A stretch of 64,000 bases of DNA from Vulcanimicrobiota bacterium (GTDB lineage Bacteria; Vulcanimicrobiota; Vulcanimicrobiia; Vulcanimicrobiales; Vulcanimicrobiaceae), in contig OY968762.1 in the NCBI GenBank assembly GCA_963695225.1, forward strand, positions 1,664,001 to 1,728,000, in the 5' to 3' direction. The position numbers and the translations under genes were made by a program. Below, piece after piece: positions 36,777-45,376 of this stretch (the stretch's first letter is position 1; each line of letters opens with the position of its first letter). The notes beneath the pieces were generated by a model. It was not told the origin of the DNA. It did not search any database and saw only the letters and a list, made by a program, of their open reading frames with translations.

Positions 36777-37547
36777 CTACTTCTTGGCTTCCTCGCTTGG
36801 GCCAAGCATGAATCGGTAGGCCAGATACCCCATGAACGAGTTGCTGCCGTGGAGCGCCCGGCCGAGCGAGAGCAAGACCGCATGGTGTTCGCCGATTTGC
36901 GACACCATGCCGAGGTTCGCGCCCGTCGTGTCGCTTCCGTCGACCGTGTCCGCGCTCTGATGAAAGAGCTCGACGCCGAGCGTGGTCGCGGGCGAAATGT
37001 CGTGCGTGAGAACGGCGCCTAGGTAGGTGTAATCGCGGTTGCCCGGTCCCGTATTGATGTAGACACCACCCCCGCCGAAGACGCTCCAAGATCCGAAGTT
37101 CTTCTGCGCCCAAAGCGGCAGAAAGGTAACGGCATGGTCGCCCGCATTAACCGGAAACTGGACCGAAGGGGCAAACGCGATCTCCGGCAGGTGGCTCGAT
37201 TCTTGGACGAAGCGGTACTTCGCTCCGATCCCGGTACCCCCGTAAGCGTACTTGTGGGAGTCGGCCGTGTAGTCGTAAGCCATCGGCAAGTCGAGCGTGA
37301 TTTGCGCGTTCGGCACGATCCCGTAGTTGAACTCCGCCAGCGGGAGATTCCCGGAAACTTCCCCGTTCCCCGAGTTCGCGTAGGTGACGGCAGTGTTGAT
37401 CTCCCAATGGCGGTGATCCACGGGTTCCGGATCGTCCGTCACATAGGGTGGGCCGGCGATCGCACGCGACGCGCCGAAACACGTCGTAATCGCAACCAAA
37501 AACATCAGCGCGCGCAGTAAACGGCGCTTCACCAGACTGCCCCTCAT
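36777..37547 (-). CDS. Outer-membrane beta-barrel channel-like protein (GPPYVTDDP family)
   Basis: SD GAGGAG, signal peptide, mature N-terminus GPPYVTDDPEP, amphipathic strands (EFNYG, GAKYRF). Confidence 0.75.
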   Translation of the reverse strand: MRGSLVKRRLLRALMFLVAITTCFGASRAIAGPPYVTDDPEPVDHRHWEINTAVTYANSGNGEVSGNLPLAEFNYGIVPNAQITLDLPMAYDYTADSHKYAYGGTGIGAKYRFVQESSHLPEIAFAPSVQFPVNAGDHAVTFLPLWAQKNFGSWSVFGGGGVYINTGPGNRDYTYLGAVLTHDISPATTLGVELFHQSADTVDGSDTTGANLGMVSQIGEHHAVLLSLGRALHGSNSFMGYLAYRFMLGPSEEAKK

Positions 37548-37598
37548 CCACATCTCCTCAGGCATATGCGAGAAAAGTAGCACCCGCACATTAGGGTC

Positions 37599-37636
37599 CA
37601 ATTTACATTGCGAAAAGAATCGCATGCAAGAGTGCG
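37599..37636 (-). promoter_or_regulatory. Putative sigma70-type promoter (TTGCAT-N18-TAAATT) with TGCGA-N6-TCGCA operator, copy 1
   Basis: 33/38 identical to 41629-41666; same orientation upstream of a minus-strand gene. Confidence 0.7.
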
Positions 37637-37793
37637 TTTTGCAAATAGCACTATTCACGCTTGTCGTACGCCGTTAATTTAGCTGACGCTAATCACGTAT
37701 GTAGAAATGACTATCGAACGTAGCGGGGTTTGCCGCATCGCAATTGCGAGAGCGATCGCGGACTCTTTTCGAGCGATGCCGCGCTGGCTCGGA

Positions 37794-39617
37794 TCACTTG
37801 GCCGTCGCATACGGGCCGTGCCGTCCCATGCTTTCGGGCGGCAGATACTCTGTTTGCGTTACCGGAGACTGCACGACGATCGGTAGGGAATCCGTGCCGC
37901 GCGCGACGCGCACCGGGCGCGCGATCTTCCTCTGCGCCTTCCGGCCCGGCGTCCGCGCCCACGCCGCCGCAAGTGAGGCAACGACGAGCGAAACGAGCAG
38001 CACCGCGAGCGTAAGCCCCTGGTTGTAGCCGGGAGCCACGTAGGTCGCGCCGGCCGCCGCATCCTCGGCCTTTCCCCCCAGCGAGAAGATGTAGAGCATC
38101 AGCCCCGCAAAACCGGCGACCATCGTAGCGTAGGGCACGAGAGTCCGCGTTGCGCGGCCACTCGCCGCGAAGTAGTGCCGGGCGATCCGGTACACTGCGT
38201 GCAACGAAACGGCGGCCCCGGCGACGACGAGCCCGATCTGAACCTCTCTGACGGCCGAGGCGTCGAGGATAGCCCGCGGAGCGTCTCCCGACTCGATCCC
38301 GAAGAGGCCCAACGCGGCGTAAACCAAAGCCCGCGCGTTCTGCAGCAGGTCGGGGCACGTGTTGGAGACGACTGCGGCCATATCCAACGGGATCAGAGCG
38401 AAGCCGAATCTCGTGAGGTTGGCCTTCCAGGGATCCCCATTGACGTGCTGCGCAAGCAGGGACGTCAGCGTCAGAATGACGCCGGGTGTATTCACCACGG
38501 CTAGGAAGAGCAGCGTGAAGGCGATCGCGTACGGAGCGTGCGTCGTAGCTTGGACCCATTGCAGGGCGGCGGCCCAGATCGAGTGCGCGAAATCGTCCGT
38601 GTTCTTGAGCAACACGATGCCGACGACCACGATCGCCAAGAACGCCTCGTCGAATTTCGGTTCGGTGGTGCGGCCGAAGACGGAGTAGATCTCCTTCGAT
38701 GGGGGCCGCAAGCGGACCCGGATCGAGCGGTTGGGGCAGCTCTTCACGCAATTGCCGCAGAGATTGCAATTGACGCTGGTCTCCATCCGGCGAGGAAATT
38801 CGAACACGGGGCAAGGCGGCACGCTCGCGGTGCCGTTGAAGCACGCGGCCTTCGACGTGCACTTCGAGCAGGTCCCGGGCTCGGCTCTCAGTTCCACCAT
38901 GCCGTTGCGAGCGTAGTTGCCGGCCAAGCCGCCCAGGAAGCAGAGATGCCGGCACCACGTGCGGCGTTGCCAGAGCGCCCCCGATACCAAGACCCCGGCG
39001 ATGAGGATGAGCATCAGACCCCCTGTGAGCAGCGGGCTGCTGAAGATCCCGAACAGGTGGTCGGCCCACGTGATGAAGATGAACAGGGCGTCGATGAACC
39101 AGATTCCGTACTTCTTGATGAACGCCGGGACGGGCTTGTTCCGTCCGAAGATCTTCTGAACCACGTCGTTGATCAAGCCGAACGGGCAGATCGCGCACCA
39201 AAACCGGCCGGCCAGAAGAAACGTGATCGGCAGCAGCGGCCACCACAGGTTCCACGTGTAGAGGCTGCCCAAATTGAAGTCGGCATCGCGCGGGCCGAAC
39301 AAGAGCTGCCACGTGATGATCGCAAAGGCCCAGATCGTTATGGCCTGAGGAACGGCCGGGTACCACGTGCCCTTCAAGAGCTTGGCGGCCGCCCCGTTCC
39401 TCATTCCCGTCAAGAACAGCAACAACAGGAGAAGCGGAGACCATAAGAGCCAGGTGCGTGGACTTTCCAGTCCATAATCGGCGTCGGGGTTGCCGGTCAG
39501 AAGTTGCATGACGGCAACGGCCAAGAGCCAGATAGTGAAATCCCGCCAGACGAACAGAAGCCACTTGCTCGTAAAGAGCCTGCGAACCGTTTCGTGTTTC
39601 GGGACGTCGCTGGTCAT
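37794..39617 (-). CDS. Polytopic membrane 4Fe-4S (polyferredoxin, NapH/FtrD-like) protein, paralogue A
   Basis: GRFWCAICPFG, RRTWCRHLCFLGG, CSKC..C..CP, CNLCGNCVKSCP, many TMs. Confidence 0.87.
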   Translation of the reverse strand: MTSDVPKHETVRRLFTSKWLLFVWRDFTIWLLAVAVMQLLTGNPDADYGLESPRTWLLWSPLLLLLLFLTGMRNGAAAKLLKGTWYPAVPQAITIWAFAIITWQLLFGPRDADFNLGSLYTWNLWWPLLPITFLLAGRFWCAICPFGLINDVVQKIFGRNKPVPAFIKKYGIWFIDALFIFITWADHLFGIFSSPLLTGGLMLILIAGVLVSGALWQRRTWCRHLCFLGGLAGNYARNGMVELRAEPGTCSKCTSKAACFNGTASVPPCPVFEFPRRMETSVNCNLCGNCVKSCPNRSIRVRLRPPSKEIYSVFGRTTEPKFDEAFLAIVVVGIVLLKNTDDFAHSIWAAALQWVQATTHAPYAIAFTLLFLAVVNTPGVILTLTSLLAQHVNGDPWKANLTRFGFALIPLDMAAVVSNTCPDLLQNARALVYAALGLFGIESGDAPRAILDASAVREVQIGLVVAGAAVSLHAVYRIARHYFAASGRATRTLVPYATMVAGFAGLMLYIFSLGGKAEDAAAGATYVAPGYNQGLTLAVLLVSLVVASLAAAWARTPGRKAQRKIARPVRVARGTDSLPIVVQSPVTQTEYLPPESMGRHGPYATAK

Positions 39618-39907
39618 CCGCTGCTTTCCCAACCCAGGCCGGCGCAACACCAAGAATAACGCTCGAGTCCACGTTGCCGCATGAAAAATCGAGCTTCGAA
39701 ATAGCAGATCGTGGAGCGCAGGCGCCTTGCCGAGACCTAACTAGACGAATCTCGTTTACGGGACAGACCGGTCAATGTGACTCGATGACCGCATTATCCG
39801 ACGCGTTTCCCGGCACCGAAAGGTCCGTTCCGCCCGTTCATGTGAGGGCCGATGGACCCAACGCCGCGAAAGCGAGCCCGGCGTCTCCCCGGCCGTCCCG
39901 CTCGTGA

Positions 39908-39949
39908 GCAATACGTACGCCGAGGCTTGCACCTCGGCGTACGTATTGC
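39908..39949. repeat. Perfect 18-bp inverted repeat with a 6-nt loop
   Basis: GCAATACGTACGCCGAGG-CTTGCA-CCTCGGCGTACGTATTGC. Confidence 0.9.
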
Positions 39950-39990
39950 GGCGTGTAACTCGGTCCGCTAACGCGGCGCGTCCGTCGCAG

Positions 39991-41577
39991 CTATTCTGCT
40001 TTTCCCGCCGCGGATTGCACGACGATCGGAAGAGATTCCGTGCCCCTCGCGACTTGCGGTGCGCGCATGGGCTGCTTGTTCGGCTTTGCGCGCGGCACTC
40101 TCGCCCACGCCGTCGCCCACGTCGCGAGGATGAACCCGCCGAACACCACCGCCATGGAGAGCATCTGGTTGTGATCGGCCGCGACATAGGCCACCGTGGC
40201 GGGTTCGTCGCCGCCGCCGCCGCCCTTCCCGGCGGAACTCACGAAGATCCAGAGCATGACGCTCGCAAAGCCCACGACCATCGCGCTGTACGGCGCCAGA
40301 GTCCGCGTCACGTGGCCCTTTGCATCGAAGTAGTGGTGCGAGATCCGATAGACCGCGTGCAGCGAGATCAGGGCCCCGATGATGACGAGCGCGATCTGGA
40401 AGTCTCGAATGGCCCAATCGGGGATAATCTCCCGCGGAGCCTTGCCGGATTCGATCCCGAAGAGCGCCAGCGCGGAGTAGATCAGCGCGCGGGCGTTGCC
40501 CAGCAGGTCGGGACAGGTGTTCGATACGACCAAGGCCATGTCCAACGGGATCAAAGCGAAGCCGAATCGCGTGAGATTATCTTTCCAAGAGTCCCCGTTG
40601 ACACGCTGTGCGACCAGGGACATCAACGTCAGAATGACGCCGGGGATGTTGACCACGACTAGGAAGAGCAGCGTGAATGCGATCGCAAACGGCGTGTGCG
40701 TTATGGTTTGCACCCAGTTCAGCGCCCCTTCCCAGATCGGGTGGGCGAAATCGTCGGTATTCTTGATGAGCACGATGCCCATGACCACGATCGCCAAGAA
40801 CGCTTCGTCGAATTTCGGTTCGTCCTTACGATTGTGAATCGAGTAGATCTCGTGCGAGACGGGCCGCACGCGGATTTTGATCGAGTCATTGGGGCAACTC
40901 TTCACGCAGTTGCCGCAGAGGTTGCAGTTCTCGCTCGTCTCCATCTGGCGGGGGAATTCGAAGACGGGGCAGGGCGCCGTCGTGGCGGTGCCGTTGTAGC
41001 ACGCGGCACCGGACTTGCACGTGGCGCACGTTTCCGGCGTATTCCTCAGTTCCACCATCCCGTTGCGGGCGTAGTTGCCGGCCAGGCCGCCCAGGAAGCA
41101 GAGGTACCGGCACCACGTGCGGCGTTGCCAGAGCGCGCCCGACACCAAGACCCCCGTGATGAGGATGAGCATCAAACCGCCGGTGAGCAGCGGGCTGCTG
41201 AAGATCCCGAACAGGTGATCGGCCCAGGTGATAAAGAGGAACAGAGCGTCGATGCACCAGATGCCGTACTTCTTGATGAACTTCGGGACGGGCTTGTTCT
41301 GCCCGAAGGCCTTCTGAACCACGTCGTTGATCAGGCCGAAGGGGCATATCGCGCACCAAAACCGGCCGGTCAGGAGAAACGTGATGGGCAGTAGCGGCCA
41401 CCACAGATTCCAGGTATAGAGGCTGCCCAGGTTATAGTCGGCGTCTTTGGGGCCGAACAAGAGCTGCCAGGTGATGACCATGAAGACCCAGATCGTGATG
41501 GCCTGCGGGATCGCCGGAAACCACTTGCTCTTCAGGACCGCCTTGACGGCTTTAGCCTCCATCAGGTTGCTGCTCAT
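39991..41577 (-). CDS. Polytopic membrane 4Fe-4S (polyferredoxin, NapH/FtrD-like) protein, paralogue B
   Basis: Same Cys motifs as paralogue A with long identical stretches; SD GAGGTG. Confidence 0.87.
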   Translation of the reverse strand: MSSNLMEAKAVKAVLKSKWFPAIPQAITIWVFMVITWQLLFGPKDADYNLGSLYTWNLWWPLLPITFLLTGRFWCAICPFGLINDVVQKAFGQNKPVPKFIKKYGIWCIDALFLFITWADHLFGIFSSPLLTGGLMLILITGVLVSGALWQRRTWCRYLCFLGGLAGNYARNGMVELRNTPETCATCKSGAACYNGTATTAPCPVFEFPRQMETSENCNLCGNCVKSCPNDSIKIRVRPVSHEIYSIHNRKDEPKFDEAFLAIVVMGIVLIKNTDDFAHPIWEGALNWVQTITHTPFAIAFTLLFLVVVNIPGVILTLMSLVAQRVNGDSWKDNLTRFGFALIPLDMALVVSNTCPDLLGNARALIYSALALFGIESGKAPREIIPDWAIRDFQIALVIIGALISLHAVYRISHHYFDAKGHVTRTLAPYSAMVVGFASVMLWIFVSSAGKGGGGGDEPATVAYVAADHNQMLSMAVVFGGFILATWATAWARVPRAKPNKQPMRAPQVARGTESLPIVVQSAAGKAE

Positions 41578-41628
41578 CGAACGCTCACCTCGTACCTACT
41601 CACATGCTCATCGCTGCGTAATGCAGAA

Positions 41629-41666
41629 CAATTTACATTGCGACAAATGTCGCACGCAAGAGTGCG
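41629..41666 (-). promoter_or_regulatory. Putative promoter (TTGCGT-N18-TAAATT) with TGCGA-N6-TCGCA operator, copy 2
   Basis: 33/38 identical to 37599-37636. Confidence 0.7.
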
Positions 41667-42119
41667 ATTCACATAGCGTTCAGGAATTTCTGTATCTCCC
41701 ATGGAATTAGGTGCGCCTACAATTTCATGTTGCCAAACAAGAGCGGCGCAATATGATTGACCTAACACCTGAGTGTCCCGATCCTGCAATGGCCGCGCAA
41801 GTGTCGCCCTTCGACGAGTTCGGGTGGCGCGGGGAGCAGGCGAAATTGACGAAACACACTCCATCGAGTTCGCGCGCGCTACGCCGCGCGAACGCGTTTG
41901 CGACGCGGTCACCGCGTTGCGCTCGTGTGCGCTTCTTCCGGCATTGCGATAAAAGTCGGGCCGCTCGCGCACGTCGACGTTGGGGATTCGTCAAAGGCAT
42001 TTCGGCCTTCTTCACTACTTCGTGACTTTGTGTGAATCTGCGAGTTAGGATTTCGTTGTGTTCCTTTCTGCCGGGGAGGTAGATTGTTTGAAGGCCATCT
42101 CTTGCACCGGAGCGGCGTC

Positions 42120-43253
42120 ATGAACGCTCGCTGGTCATCGATCATAGCGGTAGCCGCATTCGCTGCCGCCGCCGCACCCGCCGCGGCGATGCCGAATTTC
42201 GCGCAATCGTACGGACTCGATTGCAAAGCTTGTCACACGGCAGTCCCCGCGCTCAACGCCTACGGCCGCTACGTGCAGCGGACCCAATATGCCGCGCTCG
42301 ATCCGGCAACGGTCAACAAGGCCGTTCCTATTTGGGTCGGCGAGAGTGCGACGTACGATTCATCGGCGGGCCCACCGTACAAGACGGAGTTCGGTAACCT
42401 CGAACTCCACGCCGACGGTTTTGCAGGAAACGACGTCACGTTCCACATCCAGCAGTGGCTGGTGCAGGGCGGCCAACCGGGCGGCCTGGACACGGCGTGG
42501 TTCTCTTATAACAATTTGTTCGACGGCAAGGGCCACATCGTGCTCGGCAAGATGCCGGTGCCGAGCCCCTCGTTCTTCGGCTTCTTCTCCGATCTCTCAC
42601 CGTTCGGACCGCCCGGGGCGGCGATCGGCGAGCACGCGTTGACGCTCGACGCGAATCTTTGGGGCGCGAAGTTCGCCTATACGCCGCTCAACTACGTCGC
42701 CGAGATCGGTTGGTACGGCAGCGACGCAGACCTCAACGGGGCCACCGACTTCGCGCCTCCGACCGGCAGAAGCGTTCAGTGGCGCGCCGCCTACGCGAAT
42801 CCGAAGAAGCCGTTCGAAGCCGGATTCTACGGAAGCTTCGGCAGGTATCCGCTTTCGACGGGCAACCTGGATCCCTACAGCCAAGTCGGCGTCTACGCGC
42901 AGCGCGATCCGGTCGGCGAAGTTCCCGGCGTCATCGCGCTGTACCAAACGGGCAACGACGGGGATGCCGGACTCGACGGCAGCGGCAATCCGCTCGGCGC
43001 CGCGCACAGTTCCGGTTACAGCGTCGGCCTCTACCGGCCGATCTTCAAGCACTGGGAGAACATGCTCTCGGTCCGCGGCGAGATGCTGAACGACGGGCTC
43101 GGAAACGTCACGCACGGCGGCAACATCGATTACACGTTCCGCATCTACAAGTACTTGCACGCCTTCGTCGAGGCCGGCCTAGCGCAGAACTCGACGCCGG
43201 CGTGGCGCTACCAACTCTGGTGGACCACTCCGGTCGTATATAAAACGCACTAA
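42120..43253 (+). CDS. Cyc2-like monoheme cytochrome c-porin fusion
   Basis: ATG 42120 with SD GGAG; signal peptide, then AMPNFAQSYGLDCKACHTAVPALNAYGR (CxxCH plus PxL), followed by aromatic-rich beta-strands. Confidence 0.75.
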   Translation: MNARWSSIIAVAAFAAAAAPAAAMPNFAQSYGLDCKACHTAVPALNAYGRYVQRTQYAALDPATVNKAVPIWVGESATYDSSAGPPYKTEFGNLELHADGFAGNDVTFHIQQWLVQGGQPGGLDTAWFSYNNLFDGKGHIVLGKMPVPSPSFFGFFSDLSPFGPPGAAIGEHALTLDANLWGAKFAYTPLNYVAEIGWYGSDADLNGATDFAPPTGRSVQWRAAYANPKKPFEAGFYGSFGRYPLSTGNLDPYSQVGVYAQRDPVGEVPGVIALYQTGNDGDAGLDGSGNPLGAAHSSGYSVGLYRPIFKHWENMLSVRGEMLNDGLGNVTHGGNIDYTFRIYKYLHAFVEAGLAQNSTPAWRYQLWWTTPVVYKTH

Positions 43254-43273
43254 CTCCACCCTCGAACGCTCAT

Positions 43274-43311
43274 GGAACGGCCCGTCCCGAAAATCGGGGC
43301 GGGCCGTTTCC
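43274..43311. terminator. Hairpin downstream of the Cyc2-like gene
   Basis: GGAACGGCCCGTCCCGA-AAA-TCGGGGCGGGCCGTTTCC. Confidence 0.7.
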
Positions 43312-43327
43312 GTCCGGCGCTCGATCC

Positions 43328-43537
43328 TCAGTGGACCGGGAACGCTATCCTCTCCCGGTCGTCGGCGGCGTCGAGCACCTCCATCGCGGCTGCGCGGCCG
43401 ACTGATTCGTCGTCGTCGGACGTTTCCGGAGCGAGTGCCTCGGTTTCGTCCTCGTAAAGATCCGCGGGATGCAGATTGACGACGAGCGGAACGTAGTCGT
43501 ACTCGAGAAACCTCCGGCGTCGTGCAAATCCGAACAT
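43328..43537 (-). CDS. Small acidic hypothetical protein (69 aa)
   Basis: SD GAGGTG before ATG 43537; non-shadow-like composition MFGFARRRRFLEYDYVPLVVNLHP..; AT-rich upstream region. Confidence 0.55.
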   Translation of the reverse strand: MFGFARRRRFLEYDYVPLVVNLHPADLYEDETEALAPETSDDDESVGRAAAMEVLDAADDRERIAFPVH

Positions 43538-43636
43538 AAGACACCTCGCCTGTCGGGAAAACACGGGGGACTCAGTAGAGGCCTCCAACACGGAATTATA
43601 CACCATTTCTATGAAGTTTCCGTGAAAAATGTTTTC

Positions 43637-44329
43637 CTAGTGAGCGATCAGCCTCGCGAGCATGAAAGCGACGGCGGCGGCGAGGCCGCCGATCCCGGCC
43701 GCCTGCACGCCGCTGAGCAACGGCGATTGACCGGTCAGCTTACCCTTGAGCGCGCCGAACGCGAACAGCGCGAGCAGCGTCATCCCCGCCGAGAAGAGCA
43801 GGGCCCGAGAAACGTCGTGGACGATCAGGTACGGAGACAGCGGAATGACGCCGCCGAGAATGTACGAGGCGCCGATGGTCAGCGCGCTGACCGGCGCCCG
43901 GCGCTCGTCCGGCGGCTCCAGCCCGAGTTCGAAGCGCATCATGAATTCGACCCACGTCTTCCGGTCGCGCGTGATCGCCCCGACGAGGTCGCCGAGCGGC
44001 TTCCCCTCGATGCCGTAGGCCGCGAAGATCCGCTCGACCTCGGCCCGCTCTTCCTCCGGGATTTCATGGGTCTCTTCGACCTCCCGCCGGTACTCGGAGG
44101 CGTAGTGGTCGGAATCGGTCCGCGCCGCGAGGTAGCCGCCCAGGCCCATCGCGATCGCACCGGCCGCGATCTCCGCGGCGCCCGCCGTAAGAATGAGCGA
44201 GGTCCCGGCCGCCGCCCCCGAGACGCCGGCGGCGAGCGCGAACGGGACCGTCAAGCCGTCGGACATCCCGATGACGACGTCGCGAATCGTCTGGGACGAA
44301 CGCACGTGGGTTTCCGGATGAAGATGCAT
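43637..44329 (-). CDS. VIT1/CCC1-family Fe2+/Mn2+ transporter
   Basis: RDVVIGMSDGLTVPFALAAG, AGAIAMGLGGYLA, FMMRFELGLE. Confidence 0.93.
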   Translation of the reverse strand: MHLHPETHVRSSQTIRDVVIGMSDGLTVPFALAAGVSGAAAGTSLILTAGAAEIAAGAIAMGLGGYLAARTDSDHYASEYRREVEETHEIPEEERAEVERIFAAYGIEGKPLGDLVGAITRDRKTWVEFMMRFELGLEPPDERRAPVSALTIGASYILGGVIPLSPYLIVHDVSRALLFSAGMTLLALFAFGALKGKLTGQSPLLSGVQAAGIGGLAAAVAFMLARLIAH

Positions 44330-44400
44330 CGAGGCGCCTTCGACGCGGCAGGTTCCGCGATCATCTTGCCCAAGCCGCCGCTCATGAGCGCGGGACCGTA

Positions 44401-45372
44401 ATGACGCTATCCGCCATCACCGACGTCGCCGGAATCGGCGTCGGTCATTTCACCGAGAGCCGGCGCCCGACCGGCTGCACCGTGATCCTCGCAGAGGGCG
44501 GCGCGATCGGCGGCGTCGACGTGCGCGGCGCCGCTCCCGGCACGCGCGAGACCGATCTCCTGCACCCGACGAACCTCGTCGACCGCGTGCATGCCGTCGT
44601 CCTCTCGGGCGGAAGCGCGTTCGGCCTGGAGAGCGCGAGCGGCGTGGTGCGCTATCTGGAAGAGCGCGGGGTCGGGCTCGAGACCGGCCCCGCGCGCGTG
44701 CCGATCGTCCCCGCCGCCGTCCTCTTCGATTTGGCGCTCGGGGATGCGTCGATCCGGCCGGACGCCGCCGCCGGTTATGCCGCCTGCCTCGCGGCGAGCC
44801 GCTCGGCGCCCGGCCAGGGGAACGTCGGCGCCGGCGCGGGGGCGACGGTCGGCAAGCTCTTCGGGATGGAACGGGCGATGAAGTCGGGGCTCGGAACGGC
44901 CTCGCTCGCCGTCGACGGGTTCACCGTCGGAGCGATCGTCGCGGTCAACGCGATCGGCGACGTCGTGGATCCCCGTAACGGACGGACGCTCGCCGGCGCA
45001 CGCACGGCCGACGGCACGGGCATGCTCGCGACGACTGCGGCCCTCCTGCGCGGCGAAATCCCGCCGCTCCTAGGCGCCGGGACCGCGACGACGATCGGCG
45101 TCGTCGCAACCGACGCGTCGCTCACGAAAGCACAGGCGCAGAAGATCGCGCAGATGGCGCACGACGGCCTCGCGCGGACGATCGAACCGGTCCACACGAT
45201 GTTCGACGGCGACGCGATCTTCGCGCTCGCCACCGGCACGGCGGAGAGGCCCGGAAACGTGACGCTCCTCGGGATCCTCGCCGCCGAAGCGCTCGCGCTC
45301 GCCGTCGTCCGCGCGGTGCGCGCGGCGGAAGGGATCCCTGGCCTCCCGGCCGCGCGCGACCTCGAGCGCTGA
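44401..45372 (+). CDS. P1/S58 (DmpA-like) peptidase
   Basis: ITDVAGIGVGH, RGAAPGTRETDLL, LSGGSAFGL, HTMFDGDAIF. Confidence 0.92.
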   Translation: MTLSAITDVAGIGVGHFTESRRPTGCTVILAEGGAIGGVDVRGAAPGTRETDLLHPTNLVDRVHAVVLSGGSAFGLESASGVVRYLEERGVGLETGPARVPIVPAAVLFDLALGDASIRPDAAAGYAACLAASRSAPGQGNVGAGAGATVGKLFGMERAMKSGLGTASLAVDGFTVGAIVAVNAIGDVVDPRNGRTLAGARTADGTGMLATTAALLRGEIPPLLGAGTATTIGVVATDASLTKAQAQKIAQMAHDGLARTIEPVHTMFDGDAIFALATGTAERPGNVTLLGILAAEALALAVVRAVRAAEGIPGLPAARDLER

Positions 45373-45376
45373 GCCG

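Noticed and set aside
39690..39740. GCCGAGACC resembling the 3' end of a yybP-ykoY Mn riboswitch
   Set aside because: Wrong strand for the adjacent gene and no matching 5' GGGGAGUAG element
41711..42025. Track ORFs in the polyferredoxin/Cyc2-like intergenic region
   Set aside because: No SD, no recognisable motif, atypical codon usage; more likely regulatory DNA
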